From NCBI GenBank assembly GCA_965368975.1, contig CBDUPA010000001.1, positions 416,001-480,000 on the forward strand: a stretch of 64,000 nt of DNA, read 5' to 3'. Under the pieces are notes generated by a model. That model was not told the DNA's origin, ran no database searches, and was given only the letters and a program-made list of their open reading frames with translations. Positions 16,888 to 27,174 of the stretch are shown piece by piece; the stretch's first letter is position 1; every line of letters begins with the position of its first letter. A program made the position numbers and the translations under genes. The DNA comes from an uncultured bacterium. GTDB taxonomy: Bacteria; Acidobacteriota; Thermoanaerobaculia; Multivoradales; JAHZIX01.

Positions 16888-18363
16888 CTATGAACTCGGT
16901 GGGTAGACGCCTTTGAAGAAGGTGCCGGAGGCCTCCGAGCCGATCACTGTCTGCTGCGGAAGTCGCACCGGTTGACCCTCGGGCGCACCGAACAGGAATC
17001 GGACGTTGTCGTCGCCGTGGGAGCTGGCGGCCCAGCCTTGGAAAGACAGGGGTTGTTCGAAGGTCTGCTGGGTGATCCTGGTCCAGCTTCCTCCGTCGAG
17101 CGAGCCCCAGCCGGTCGCCTGGGTACCACCTTGCAACAGCTCCAGGCGTACCCAGATGAGCGACGTTTCCGCCACCGTGTCGGGCGCCACGATCGGTACC
17201 TCGACGGCCTGGGTTTCCTCGCCGGCCCTGTCGCGATACTGGACTCTCAGCACGTTGTGGGCCGGACGCACGACCGCGAAGTAAGGGGCGTCGGTGGCCA
17301 GCGACGCGCGTGCCATCAGCGCGGCCTTGGCCCAGCTACCGACGTGCGAGGCGGGGCTGGCCAGGAAGCTTTCCTGGCTGCCGTCGACTTCGCTACCGCT
17401 GCGTTGATCGTAGGCGAAGTAGCAACTGTCTTCGTCACCCCAGAGGTCGCCGGAGGTGACGCGGATACCGTAGATCGAGCCGGGTTCGGTGAGCGATGGG
17501 TCGAGGTCGACGTCGATGCCCTGGAAGGGGTAGCCGTGCGCGTTGTCCGTGCGCGCCCAGGGGGCGCTGCCGGTGTTGACTTTGTCGCTGGCCAGGTGGT
17601 GGATCTTGGCGTCGACGGCTTCGTTCCACGCGTCGGCGCTGTTCAGGCCCCAGGTGCGGCTGACGAAGCCGGCGTCGAAGACGTCCGGGCCGAGGTCGCG
17701 ATTCGAGCCGCTGAGGTTGAAGAAGACGACGTAGGACTTGTCGGTGATCTGGCTCGAGGTGCCGATCTCCGGGGCCACGAACGCCAGGCGCTGGTTGGCA
17801 CTGGAGCCGCCGTCGACGTACTGATTGAGCTTCGACTTCGAACTCTCGACGTCACCGCCGGTGAGGGCGAAGAGGAACTTACCGTGCAGGTCGGCGAGCA
17901 GCGGCCAGCCTCCTTGCTGAATCGCTGCTTGCAGGGTCGAAGCCCCGCTGGCGGCGATCAGGTCCGGTGGCCCCCAGATGGCGTCGCGGCCGAGCTTCGA
18001 GACCAGCAGGTCGTCGAGATCCTGGGGGGTGTGGGTCGCGTCGAAGCCGTCCTTGAGGTCCAGGAAGATGGTCATCGGCTCGTGCCGCGGCACCGCGCGC
18101 TGAAGAGCGAGTAGTGTGTCGAGACCGTCGGACAATGTCTCGATGCTGCTCTTCAGACCGCCGGGGCCGCAGTAGTGATAGACGTACCAGTTGCCGTCGA
18201 GCGTCGGGGCGCCGGTGCATCCCTTGCCGTTGTGGATGTCCATCTCGACGCCGCGCAGGCGCCAGTAGATCTCTTGGTCGTCGTAGCCCTCGGTGCGCTC
18301 GTAGGAGTTGTGCGAACCCTTCTGGCGCACCTGGTTGTAGCGGGTGTTGGTGTCGTTGTTCAT
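16888..18363 (-). CDS. Phosphoinositide-specific phospholipase C-like enzyme with C-terminal beta-sandwich (DUF1349/lectin-like) domain
   Basis: SHNSY, EMDIH, VYH, HEPMTIFLDLKD, WPLLADLHGKFLF, HHLASD; C-terminal WAKAALMAR...WGSLDGGSW; no signal peptide. Confidence 0.85.
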   Translation of the reverse strand: MNNDTNTRYNQVRQKGSHNSYERTEGYDDQEIYWRLRGVEMDIHNGKGCTGAPTLDGNWYVYHYCGPGGLKSSIETLSDGLDTLLALQRAVPRHEPMTIFLDLKDGFDATHTPQDLDDLLVSKLGRDAIWGPPDLIAASGASTLQAAIQQGGWPLLADLHGKFLFALTGGDVESSKSKLNQYVDGGSSANQRLAFVAPEIGTSSQITDKSYVVFFNLSGSNRDLGPDVFDAGFVSRTWGLNSADAWNEAVDAKIHHLASDKVNTGSAPWARTDNAHGYPFQGIDVDLDPSLTEPGSIYGIRVTSGDLWGDEDSCYFAYDQRSGSEVDGSQESFLASPASHVGSWAKAALMARASLATDAPYFAVVRPAHNVLRVQYRDRAGEETQAVEVPIVAPDTVAETSLIWVRLELLQGGTQATGWGSLDGGSWTRITQQTFEQPLSFQGWAASSHGDDNVRFLFGAPEGQPVRLPQQTVIGSEASGTFFKGVYPPSS

Positions 18364-18384
18364 GGTTGTGCTCCGGTTGCCAGT

Positions 18385-21300
18385 TCAAGCGAAGATGTCG
18401 TCGCCGATAGCCATCAAGGCCTGAATCGCCTCTTGTTCCGCCATCTGTCCCTCGAGGTTCTGAATCTGCGCCAGGAGGGCTTGGTTCTGATCGATGAGGA
18501 CATCTCTCTGCAGTGTCGTGATGGCGAGTCTTTCGACGAAATCGTCGTTGACCGCTTGCATGGTGTCTTGCAGTCCCAACTGAGCGCCGGTGCTCACGGC
18601 TCTGCCACCGATCAGTCCGCCGGAGACAAAGCCTGTCAAGAAGCCGCTGACTGTAGCTGTCAAGACACCGTCGTGCCACTTCTTCGGGTCGTCGATGAGG
18701 TTGCCGACGAGCTGTCCGCCGCCGCCGCCAACACCTTGGATGACACCCTGGACCAGACCAATCTTTCCAGCGGTCTTGAGTAGTTGGCTCGTTCCCGCGA
18801 CTCCGGCCTGGCGGACAGCATTCGCGGAGCTCGCGGCCATGCTGGCACCCGTGAAGCCGGAGACGGCTCCAACCGCGGCCTGGATGCCGACGGTGGCAGC
18901 CCAGCCGCCCCAGGTCTTGCCGGTCCAGTGTTCGTTGCGATGAGAAATCCCGTAGTTGACGCTGGCCATGCCACCCGCCAAGAGGGCGCCGCCCACAGTT
19001 GCTCCAGCGAGAGCCACCCAAGGTGTTGCTGCGCCGGCGGTGAGTACGATGGCAGCAGCCCCGAGTACAGCGAAGGCTGCACCGCCCAGGATCACTCCCA
19101 GCGCGGCCATGCTGAACTCGCCACTGGGGTCGGTGAACAGGAGTGGGTCGTTGCCGGCGTAGATGTAGGGGCTGGCGAATTGCCACTTGGGATCGACGCT
19201 CCAGAAGCGTCCCAGCACCGGGTCGTAGAGACGGGCGTTGAAGTTGTAGAGGCCGAGGTCGCGGTCGAGTTCCTGGCCCGTGTAGAGGATCGAGAAGACC
19301 TCGGCCTGCGGGCCGGCGGCGTCGAGCAGGCCGCCGAAGGGCAGGTAGCTCCAGCTGCCGTTGGCAGCACCATCGCTGGCGAGCAGCAGGCGAGTCGAGC
19401 CGAGACGGTCGCGCAGGACGGGCTGGAAGCTGCCGTCCTCGGAGATCACGCCAGCCAGCCCCTTGGGGCCGTAGATCGGACGCGTCAGGACGGGTTCGCT
19501 AGTGCCGTTATGTTCGAGGCTGAGCAGCGTGCGACCGTCCGGTCCGCGCAGGTAGAGCTTGTCGCCTTCCGCGGTCGACTTCTGCAGTCGTTTGCCGCGG
19601 CCGTCGTAGCCGAAGTGCACTTCACCGGCGGCCGTGGAGGCGCTGCGGGCACGACCGTTGACGCGGTTCCAGCTGAGTGCCGTGGTCTCGCGTCCGTTCG
19701 CCGAGACGACGTTGCCGTCGGCGTCGTAGAGATAGGCCTCGGCGGTGCCGCCGTCGGTGTTTTTCACCTCGTCGGTACCCGCATGGTACGCGAAGCTCAG
19801 GGGGGCGTTGCCCTGGGGCAACTCGAGGAAGTTGCCGTTTGGATCGTAGGTCACCTGCTGGCTACTGCTGCCCAGGCTCCACTCGGGGCGAGCCTGGCCA
19901 CCGGAGCTGGCAGCGGCCTCGGTCAGCTGGGTGAGCTGATCGTAGGTGTAGCGGTAGCTGTACTCACGCACCGCCTCCTGGGGCAGTCCGCCCGGGATGT
20001 CGTGGCCCAGCAGGAAGCTCTCTTCGGCCACCAGGCCGCTCCAATAGCCGGTCTGTCCGCCGTCTGGGGTGTAGCGGACCTGCTGCTCGAAGCCCGCACC
20101 TGTGATCGCGCTGAGCCAGCCCGGGGAAAGATAGCTGTAGGCGCGGTCGACGGCGGCGGCGCTGCCGGACGCCAGGCTCTCCTGGGCCATGAGGTTGTTG
20201 GCGTTGTAGCGGTAGCGCGCATAGGCGTCCGGTGCATCGTCGCCGCTGCCGACCGCGACCAGGCGGCCGACGCTGTCGTAGCTATTGCGAACTTCTGGGA
20301 CCTGGCCGCCCTGTGCAGCTGGAGGATAGACCGTGCGCACGACCTTGCCCAGGTTGTTGTACTCGTAGCTCAGGGAGTAGACGCTGCCCTTGGCCACCAA
20401 CTCGACGCGGGACTCGATGGTTTTGCCGGCGATGCTGTAGCTGTAGTGCTCGCGGGAGGCCGTTTCGCCCTCGGTACTGGCTTCGGTACTGGCGACGGCG
20501 ATGTCGGTGAGTCGTCCCAGGGCGAGGGCCTCGGAACCGTCGCCGTCATAGTCGGAGACGCGACTCCAGGTGTCCGGGGTCGGTGGGTAGTCGGGGTCGG
20601 TATCGGCCAGCTGCTGCAGCTGGGCCCGGTCCCAACCCTGGTCCAGCGAACCGGTCTCGACGGGGCGCGACTGGCTGTCGTAGCGCTGGTAGACGAACCA
20701 GCCCTGGCCGGCTCCTTCGGCGCTCTGGCGGAAACGAAGCTTGCCCAGTGGGTCGTAGACCATCTCGCTGACGCCGGTGTCCGGCGTTTGCTCGCGCACC
20801 GCGTTGCCCAGCGGATCGGTGAGCTGCACCTTGCGCCAATCGTCGGCGGTGGAGCCGCTGGGCGGCGCGTAAGAGTTGGGCAGGTGCGTGGTCTTGGTCG
20901 TGCCTTCGAGATCCCACGAGGTCTCGTAGGCGGTCGTGTTGTAGCGCTGTCCGTTGCCGCCTTCGAGCGCAGGGTCTTGCAGCACGCCCTGGCCGAGGGT
21001 GGTGTCAGCGGCGTCCTTGACTTCGAAGCGCTGGCGACCGTCGGGGTCGGTGGTCACGGTCTGGCGGTACTGGCCGGCGGGCAGCCAGGGCATGAAGCCG
21101 GTGTTCCCACCGGTGCTGCCTGCGTTGGCGCCATAGCTCAGGCGCGTGGTGTGACGATCCGCCTCGGGGATACGCAGATCGATGGCGAAGTCCTTGCCGG
21201 CTTTGCCCGTCTCGACCTTGCGTCCGAGCGGTGAGTCTTCGTAGCGCTCGCGGCTGTAGGGATAGCCTTGATCGTCCGAGAAGCCGCCGCCGCTGGCGCT

Positions 21301-24300
21301 GTAGTACGTGCTGACCTCACCGCTCATGACGCCGGTGGTCCAGTCGAGCCCGGTGACGAAGGCGTCGCGGTAGGCGAGGAGCGGGGCACTACTGGATGGG
21401 GTCAGGGTCGCGGGCTTGGTGGTGACGGCCTTGCGGCCCTCGGGATCGTAGATCACCTGGCTGATGATCGACGCCGGGCCGGTGATGCTGTGCCCGTCGC
21501 CCTCGGCCAGCAGCTGTTGTGTCTGGCGCTCCTTGCTGGCACCGTCCCGGAAGCTGGCGCTGACCTGGGCGCCGGCACTGACGGCGAAGACCGGGAAGGC
21601 GATCGGCGTGGCGGCGATCAGGGTCGGGGCGCCGCTCAGTGGACGACCGGCGAGGTAGGCGAACAGAGGCTCGCCGTCGGCCCAGAAGAGGACTGTCTCA
21701 CCCCGCACGGCCAGCAGCCATTGACGCTGCAAGCCGTCCGGCTCGGTGCTGGTGTTCGAGCTGCTCGAGGTCTGGGCGGCGGATTGTTGCGCCAGAGGCG
21801 CACGGTGGGATTGTTGCGCCAGAGGCGCACGGTGGGATTGCTGCACGAGGGGAGCACGGCGGCCGCGGTTGGGCGGCGTGCGGCGACTGCTGATTGCCCT
21901 ATTGCTGCCGTGGTCGGTCAGCGTCCAGTCTTTGGAAGCCGGATCCCACAGCAGGCTGATCTCGTCGCCGATGGCGATGCCGACGCTCCCGCTGGGCGTG
22001 CTTTGCGGACGCACGAGCACGGTTGCGCCCCAGTCGCCGAGGATCTCGGGCGACGCCAGCTGCAAGCGTCCTTCGGAGTTGCCTGTGTGAGCCAGGTTGC
22101 CGCCGGATACCGTCCACTGCCCTGGCGTGGCGGAACTGAAGTGCTGCTGCCAGTCGCCGTCACGCAGGAAGTCGGCATAGAAGCCGGCGTCGCTGCCTTG
22201 GACTTTGATCTCGCTGTTGGGAATCGCGGCCTCGAAGGCGTCGTTCCACTGACGCGACAGGTAAGCGGTGGTCAGACCGCTGACGTTTTCGCTCGGACCT
22301 GCAGCGGCGATCGGACGCTGGTAGTCGTCGTAGGCCTTGCGCGTGGTCTGTGGGCCGGCGCCCAGACTGGCGGTCTCCTGGTCCCACCGTGCGTCGTAGA
22401 CGTGGGCCTCGAAGCTGCCGTGCAGCGGTGAGAAGCGCAGGTCGTCGAGGCGCGCAGGCACGCTGCCGGTGTTGGCCGCGCGTAGGGTGATGGACAGGTC
22501 AGTTCCGGAGGAACCACTGTTCCAGCGGCTCAGGTCGATGCCCTGACTGACGAAGCGCCAGTCGCCCTCGGTGGCTTCGAACGGCAACTCGACGGTGTCG
22601 AGCACCTCGCTGCCGCGGCGCACGGTGACAGTCCAGCCCGCCGCGGCGCCGGTGGCCGGGCTGAAGCCGGCGTCGGTCTGGTACCAGCAGGTGAAGAGGT
22701 AGTGACCATCCTGGGTGGCCGGCGTGAAGGTGCGTTCGAGCCCCTGGCTGCCGGTGCTCGCCAGGCGCAGGCAGCGCTGGCCGGTATGGCCGCGCTCGTC
22801 CTCGACCCAGGTTTGCCAAGAACTACCGTTGCTACCGGAACCCGAGCTGGTCGCGGAGACCAGGCTCCAGCCGCCATCGCGCTCGTAGGCTTCGAAGCCC
22901 AAATAAGAGGCTTCGTCGCCGCTCAGACTGGCGCTGCCGAAGGAGGCCAGGGTCCAGCGGTCTTCGAGGTCGCGCAGCACGCTGGCGGGGCGTCCCAGCG
23001 CGTCGACGCTTTCGCTGATCTGGCCGCGGTCGTCGCGCTGGCTGGTGGTGCTTTGGAGCTGCCAGGCGTCGCTCGGCGAACTGGCGACGTTCCAAGCGCT
23101 GAAGTGGGAATCGGCTCCGCCGCGCCACTTCCAGCTGTCGACGGTATCCCACACCACCAGGTCGCCGGTAGAACCACTGCCGTCCGCGAGCGGACGCGTC
23201 CACGGACGGTAGCGCGTGGCGCTGACGCTGATCGGTACCGCGTCTCTACTGCTGGCACTAGCGCCGACCGAGACCTGCTGGCGGACTTGAGCCGGGGCGC
23301 TGAGCAGGTGGACGGCGAGCAGTTCGGGGTAGGGATCGTAGGCGAAGGTCGTCTCTTGGACGTGTGTCTCGGTCTGTCCCTGCGAGCCCATGAACTGGTG
23401 GGTCTCGCGCTGGCGTTCCCCGTTGGCCAGGTCGACTTCGATGATCTGCGTCGACGTCACGCCGTCGACCTGCTTGCGTTCCTGGCTCTGGTAGACCCAG
23501 TTGCCGCGCAAGGGGATCGGCTCGCCGCCGCCCGCTGGTTGGGCCGCGAACTCGACCTGCCAGTCCTTCTCGGTCCAGGCCACCAGCGAGCCCGCGGCGT
23601 CGTAGAGGTTCTGGCGCTGGAGGAAGCCGTCTAGTACGTCGAGCGTGGTCTCGGGATCAGTTGTGTCGACCGCCAGCCGGCGGGAGCCTTGGAAGGCCAG
23701 CTGCCGGCGCTGGAGAGAGGCTGGGCTACCGGAGACAGGGTGATCGGACGGCAGGCCGTTGAGGAAGACGGATTCGGTGGTGCCGTAGGGGCGCTCGCTG
23801 CTGCCGGCTGCTTCCTGGGCGTACTGCCCGGCCAGCAGGTACTTGACGACTTTGCCCGTGGGATCACAGACGGCCGAGTCCTGGTCATAGTCGTAGGCGA
23901 TGCGGTGCTGTTCGTAGCCGGTGTCGATCACCAAGTGCGACACGGTGGCGGCGCGCACGGTGCCATCGATACGGCCGTCGACGTGACGCCAGAGGGTAAT
24001 CGAAGCAGCGCGATCGAGACTCTCGGCGTCGAGCGGGAAGGTGACCATTGCCTGCAAGCCTTGCGGCCCCTGTCCGGACCGTGCTTGCGGCCGGCCGCTC
24101 AGGTCGTAGACCTTGAAGATCTGCTGGTCGATCTCTTCGATCTCGCCGACGCGGCCGTTCTCCAGGTTGAGCACCTTGATGCCCAGTGGCTTCAGGGTCG
24201 AGTCACGATCGTCGACGCGCTGGTAGGCCAGGAAGCTAGGGCTCTCGTTGACCATCGTCGTGCTGTCGATCGTCTCGCCCTCGGGCACGCGGTAGTCGGG

Positions 24301-27018
24301 CTCGCCCGCGGCCAGGCTGGCCCAGCTATTGGAGCTGCCACGGAAGTAGACGTCGCGGCCGAGGGTCACGTAGTCGGCCGCCGCGGTCGGGAACATGTGG
24401 GTCTTCTGGAACGGCAGCGGCTCGGTCAGGTTGAGCAACTGCTGGGCCTGCGCCTGCCAGGCCTCGCTGTCGCGATCCGGGTCGTAGGCGAGCATGGTGC
24501 TGACGATCTGGCCGGTGCCGTTCTCGGTCACCATCGCCAGGTCGCTGCCTTCGGCGTACCAGAAGGAACTCGAGCTGGTGGACGGCAGCGTCTGGCCGAG
24601 GTCGCCGTGCTGCCAGCGCTCACCGTTGAAGCGCAGCACTTGCGGGCCGGCGGTCACCAGGCTGTTGTCGAGCAGGCTAGCGGTCCAGGGTACGGGTGCC
24701 TTGCCGTTGAAGTCGTGGCGGTACTCGAGAGCGTCGAGGAACTGCCAGTCGCCGTCCCAGTGGAAGATCTGCAGCGCTGCGTCGTAGGCGCCGTCCTGGC
24801 TGCGGGTCAGGAAGCTGGCGGCGGCGAAGGTGGCGCCGGGGGCCCAGGCGAAGGTGGTCTGGTTCGGCACCTGCGCGATGACGATGTCGTTCGGCTGTGT
24901 CGTGCCGCCGTCGTGCCAGGCGCCCAGGGCGTCCAGGTAGGTGAGGCTGAGCTGGTTGTGCTTGTTGCCCGGGTCGGCGCCGCGGTCGTAGCACAGCACC
25001 AGGTAGTAGCTACCGCTGGCGGTGATGTACCACTGCCGCTCGGACGAGGCCGAGCCGGCGCAGAAGTCGCTGGACAGGTTGAAGCGCTGGCTCGTCCAGG
25101 AGCGCTCGGCCCAGTTCCAGGTCAGGCGATCGAGGGTCCGGCCGCCGTTGTCGACCGCCAGGGCGAATTGGTTGCCGGCCTGGAACTGCACCTGCAGCGA
25201 CGGGAAGCGCAACGGCTGGTTGTACTTGATCCACTGGCCGAGGGTATTGTCGAGCTTGTGGAAGAGGTGGGCCTCGGTGAGGTCGTCGCGGCTGCTCTGG
25301 TAGGAGAGCAGGAAGAAGTCCCCCTGCGGCACCACTGCCAGGCTGTCGAGTTTGAGCGGGGCCTTGAAGCTCAAGGCGTCCCCGCTCGTGCCACCAGACC
25401 AGCGATACCAGAAGCCGAGCCAGGTGTAGATCTCGAGCTGCAGGGTGGTGGAGTCGGTGTTGTACCAGGCCACGACGGCATAGTCGGTGCCGAACCAGAC
25501 GCGCGGGCGCCAGTTCTCGCGCGGCTGCGTCGCTGGTCGTTCGAGCCTCAGGCTGCGCGCGCACAGCGGCAGGTCGTGTTCCTCGTAGCTGTAGGTGGCG
25601 GTGCCGCCGCTCGGGTAGGTGATGGTGGTCAGGGCGCCGGGATGCGGTCCGTCGGGATCGAGATCGTAGGCGTAGACCAGTCCGGGCAGCGAGTCGCCAG
25701 CAGGGTGCGTCTGCGTGACCGCGGTGAGGAAGCGCTTGACGGTGTCGCCGTAGAGCGGGTCGGCCTCAGGCACGCCAGCGAGGCTGGCGGTCTCGAAGGC
25801 GAAGTCCATTTGGTAGAGCTCGCCACCGTCGCTGTCCTGGACCGTCAGGCGTTGTAGGTAGCGCGTCTCGTAGCGATCTTGGTAGGCATTGGGCGTGTCG
25901 TTCGCTACTGGCTTGTGCGGGTCGGCGTACTCGCGCGCGGCGGAAGCGGTCGCCGGATTGGCCGGGTCGTACGCGGTGTAGAGTTTGTCGCCGTAGGCGA
26001 ACGTCAGGGTGCGGCCGAAGGTGTCGACGATCTGCCGCGGGTAGCACGCCTTGGTGTAGGTCAGGCCGCCCGAGCCGACTGCCTGCTCGACGCACTCATA
26101 GGTGTAGGTGACGCGGTCGCCCCAGCGGTTCTCCTGGCGCACCAGGTTGAACGCCAGGGGGTAGCGTTCTTGGGGGATCTCGCTGCTGGCGAGGGCGCTG
26201 TTGCCGTACCAGTTACCCCGGCGCACGCCCCACTGGATATTGCCGCTGTTCGAGTCGCCGGGCGCTGCGCTGCTGCCGCCGAAGACGTTGACGCTGCCAT
26301 CCTTCTGGACGCTGCGCCAGCACGCGTACTCAGGGTAGTAGCAGATCCTGGTGAAGTCGTAGGTCTGGGCCTCGAAGGCAAGGCCGCCGTCCTCGACCGG
26401 CAGGTCGGCACCGCCGCCCGGGTTGCGGACCCGGAAGGTGCGCTCGAGCGTGGCATCGAGAATCCGCCAGCCGTCCTCGTCCTGTTCGACTGCCGAGCCG
26501 GTCGTCAGTGCAACGCCACGCTCGGCGAAGGCGCCGGCCAGCGCCACATCGACGTTGCCGCTGTCGAGTGTCGAGGTGGTGGAGGCGGGCAGGTCGAAGA
26601 GCGTCCAAACCTGCAGCGAGCGCAGCAGCGGCATGCGGCTGCCACCCTGGGTGAGGAAGTAGCTGTGCGCGTCGAGGGCGCGGGTGCCGCCGGTATTGAC
26701 CTCGATGCGTGCGAAGCCGAGGCTCCAGCCGAGTCCCAGGATGCCCGTGGGGGCGTCGAGGTTCCAGCGTTGTACCTCGTCTTGCACGTTGCTCTGGTAC
26801 AGCGCCTGGACGCTGACGTCGAGGTCGCCGCGGCCTGGCAGGGTGACCAGGTTGAGCGGGATGTTGACGTCGCCGCGGAAGAGGTTGACGCTGTTCTCGA
26901 TGTCGCCGATCGCGTCGCTGTCGAACTGGAAGCTACGAATGGCCGGGATCTGGTCGTTGCGGCTGTTCTGGGCATCGTTGCGGGATTGCGAGCTGCGGGT
27001 CTTCGTATCATCGGACAT
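18385..27018 (-). CDS. Giant SpvB/YD-RHS repeat protein (TcB-TcC fusion-like), 2877 aa, with hydrophobic C-terminal tip
   Basis: N-terminal SVNLFRG...LPGRG...LGLGWSL (SpvB-like); YD repeats; RHS core YTGQELD..GLYNFNARLYDP..GRF..DP..PY.YAGNDP...DPSG. Confidence 0.9.
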   Translation of the reverse strand: MSDDTKTRSSQSRNDAQNSRNDQIPAIRSFQFDSDAIGDIENSVNLFRGDVNIPLNLVTLPGRGDLDVSVQALYQSNVQDEVQRWNLDAPTGILGLGWSLGFARIEVNTGGTRALDAHSYFLTQGGSRMPLLRSLQVWTLFDLPASTTSTLDSGNVDVALAGAFAERGVALTTGSAVEQDEDGWRILDATLERTFRVRNPGGGADLPVEDGGLAFEAQTYDFTRICYYPEYACWRSVQKDGSVNVFGGSSAAPGDSNSGNIQWGVRRGNWYGNSALASSEIPQERYPLAFNLVRQENRWGDRVTYTYECVEQAVGSGGLTYTKACYPRQIVDTFGRTLTFAYGDKLYTAYDPANPATASAAREYADPHKPVANDTPNAYQDRYETRYLQRLTVQDSDGGELYQMDFAFETASLAGVPEADPLYGDTVKRFLTAVTQTHPAGDSLPGLVYAYDLDPDGPHPGALTTITYPSGGTATYSYEEHDLPLCARSLRLERPATQPRENWRPRVWFGTDYAVVAWYNTDSTTLQLEIYTWLGFWYRWSGGTSGDALSFKAPLKLDSLAVVPQGDFFLLSYQSSRDDLTEAHLFHKLDNTLGQWIKYNQPLRFPSLQVQFQAGNQFALAVDNGGRTLDRLTWNWAERSWTSQRFNLSSDFCAGSASSERQWYITASGSYYLVLCYDRGADPGNKHNQLSLTYLDALGAWHDGGTTQPNDIVIAQVPNQTTFAWAPGATFAAASFLTRSQDGAYDAALQIFHWDGDWQFLDALEYRHDFNGKAPVPWTASLLDNSLVTAGPQVLRFNGERWQHGDLGQTLPSTSSSSFWYAEGSDLAMVTENGTGQIVSTMLAYDPDRDSEAWQAQAQQLLNLTEPLPFQKTHMFPTAAADYVTLGRDVYFRGSSNSWASLAAGEPDYRVPEGETIDSTTMVNESPSFLAYQRVDDRDSTLKPLGIKVLNLENGRVGEIEEIDQQIFKVYDLSGRPQARSGQGPQGLQAMVTFPLDAESLDRAASITLWRHVDGRIDGTVRAATVSHLVIDTGYEQHRIAYDYDQDSAVCDPTGKVVKYLLAGQYAQEAAGSSERPYGTTESVFLNGLPSDHPVSGSPASLQRRQLAFQGSRRLAVDTTDPETTLDVLDGFLQRQNLYDAAGSLVAWTEKDWQVEFAAQPAGGGEPIPLRGNWVYQSQERKQVDGVTSTQIIEVDLANGERQRETHQFMGSQGQTETHVQETTFAYDPYPELLAVHLLSAPAQVRQQVSVGASASSRDAVPISVSATRYRPWTRPLADGSGSTGDLVVWDTVDSWKWRGGADSHFSAWNVASSPSDAWQLQSTTSQRDDRGQISESVDALGRPASVLRDLEDRWTLASFGSASLSGDEASYLGFEAYERDGGWSLVSATSSGSGSNGSSWQTWVEDERGHTGQRCLRLASTGSQGLERTFTPATQDGHYLFTCWYQTDAGFSPATGAAAGWTVTVRRGSEVLDTVELPFEATEGDWRFVSQGIDLSRWNSGSSGTDLSITLRAANTGSVPARLDDLRFSPLHGSFEAHVYDARWDQETASLGAGPQTTRKAYDDYQRPIAAAGPSENVSGLTTAYLSRQWNDAFEAAIPNSEIKVQGSDAGFYADFLRDGDWQQHFSSATPGQWTVSGGNLAHTGNSEGRLQLASPEILGDWGATVLVRPQSTPSGSVGIAIGDEISLLWDPASKDWTLTDHGSNRAISSRRTPPNRGRRAPLVQQSHRAPLAQQSHRAPLAQQSAAQTSSSSNTSTEPDGLQRQWLLAVRGETVLFWADGEPLFAYLAGRPLSGAPTLIAATPIAFPVFAVSAGAQVSASFRDGASKERQTQQLLAEGDGHSITGPASIISQVIYDPEGRKAVTTKPATLTPSSSAPLLAYRDAFVTGLDWTTGVMSGEVSTYYSASGGGFSDDQGYPYSRERYEDSPLGRKVETGKAGKDFAIDLRIPEADRHTTRLSYGANAGSTGGNTGFMPWLPAGQYRQTVTTDPDGRQRFEVKDAADTTLGQGVLQDPALEGGNGQRYNTTAYETSWDLEGTTKTTHLPNSYAPPSGSTADDWRKVQLTDPLGNAVREQTPDTGVSEMVYDPLGKLRFRQSAEGAGQGWFVYQRYDSQSRPVETGSLDQGWDRAQLQQLADTDPDYPPTPDTWSRVSDYDGDGSEALALGRLTDIAVASTEASTEGETASREHYSYSIAGKTIESRVELVAKGSVYSLSYEYNNLGKVVRTVYPPAAQGGQVPEVRNSYDSVGRLVAVGSGDDAPDAYARYRYNANNLMAQESLASGSAAAVDRAYSYLSPGWLSAITGAGFEQQVRYTPDGGQTGYWSGLVAEESFLLGHDIPGGLPQEAVREYSYRYTYDQLTQLTEAAASSGGQARPEWSLGSSSQQVTYDPNGNFLELPQGNAPLSFAYHAGTDEVKNTDGGTAEAYLYDADGNVVSANGRETTALSWNRVNGRARSASTAAGEVHFGYDGRGKRLQKSTAEGDKLYLRGPDGRTLLSLEHNGTSEPVLTRPIYGPKGLAGVISEDGSFQPVLRDRLGSTRLLLASDGAANGSWSYLPFGGLLDAAGPQAEVFSILYTGQELDRDLGLYNFNARLYDPVLGRFWSVDPKWQFASPYIYAGNDPLLFTDPSGEFSMAALGVILGGAAFAVLGAAAIVLTAGAATPWVALAGATVGGALLAGGMASVNYGISHRNEHWTGKTWGGWAATVGIQAAVGAVSGFTGASMAASSANAVRQAGVAGTSQLLKTAGKIGLVQGVIQGVGGGGGQLVGNLIDDPKKWHDGVLTATVSGFLTGFVSGGLIGGRAVSTGAQLGLQDTMQAVNDDFVERLAITTLQRDVLIDQNQALLAQIQNLEGQMAEQEAIQALMAIGDDIFA
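21781..21861. repeat. 27-bp in-frame tandem repeat x3 (RAPL[A/V]QQS[H/A]) inside the RHS gene
   Basis: ggattgttgcgccagaggcgcacggtg twice exactly, plus one degenerate copy. Confidence 0.9.
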
Positions 27019-27174
27019 GGTGAAACCTCTCCAGGGTGCTGGAACGAAACGCGATGTTGCGGGGGGTAGAGAAAGCGGAACGCGGGAGAGAGCCGCCGGC
27101 CGCGGATCGTGGTGGTGGAAGCCACGACCCGCGGCGAAGCCGCCTAACGGCGAAGCCGGCGAGCAGAGGCGAGA

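Noticed and set aside
21781-21861. 27-bp repeats as a possible CRISPR array
   Set aside because: Contiguous with no spacers, in-frame in a CDS, no cas genes
18784-27069. Long plus-strand ORFs (816, 722, 396, 387 aa) opposite the RHS gene
   Set aside because: Antisense shadows of a high-GC gene; no motifs; fully overlapped by a well-supported CDS
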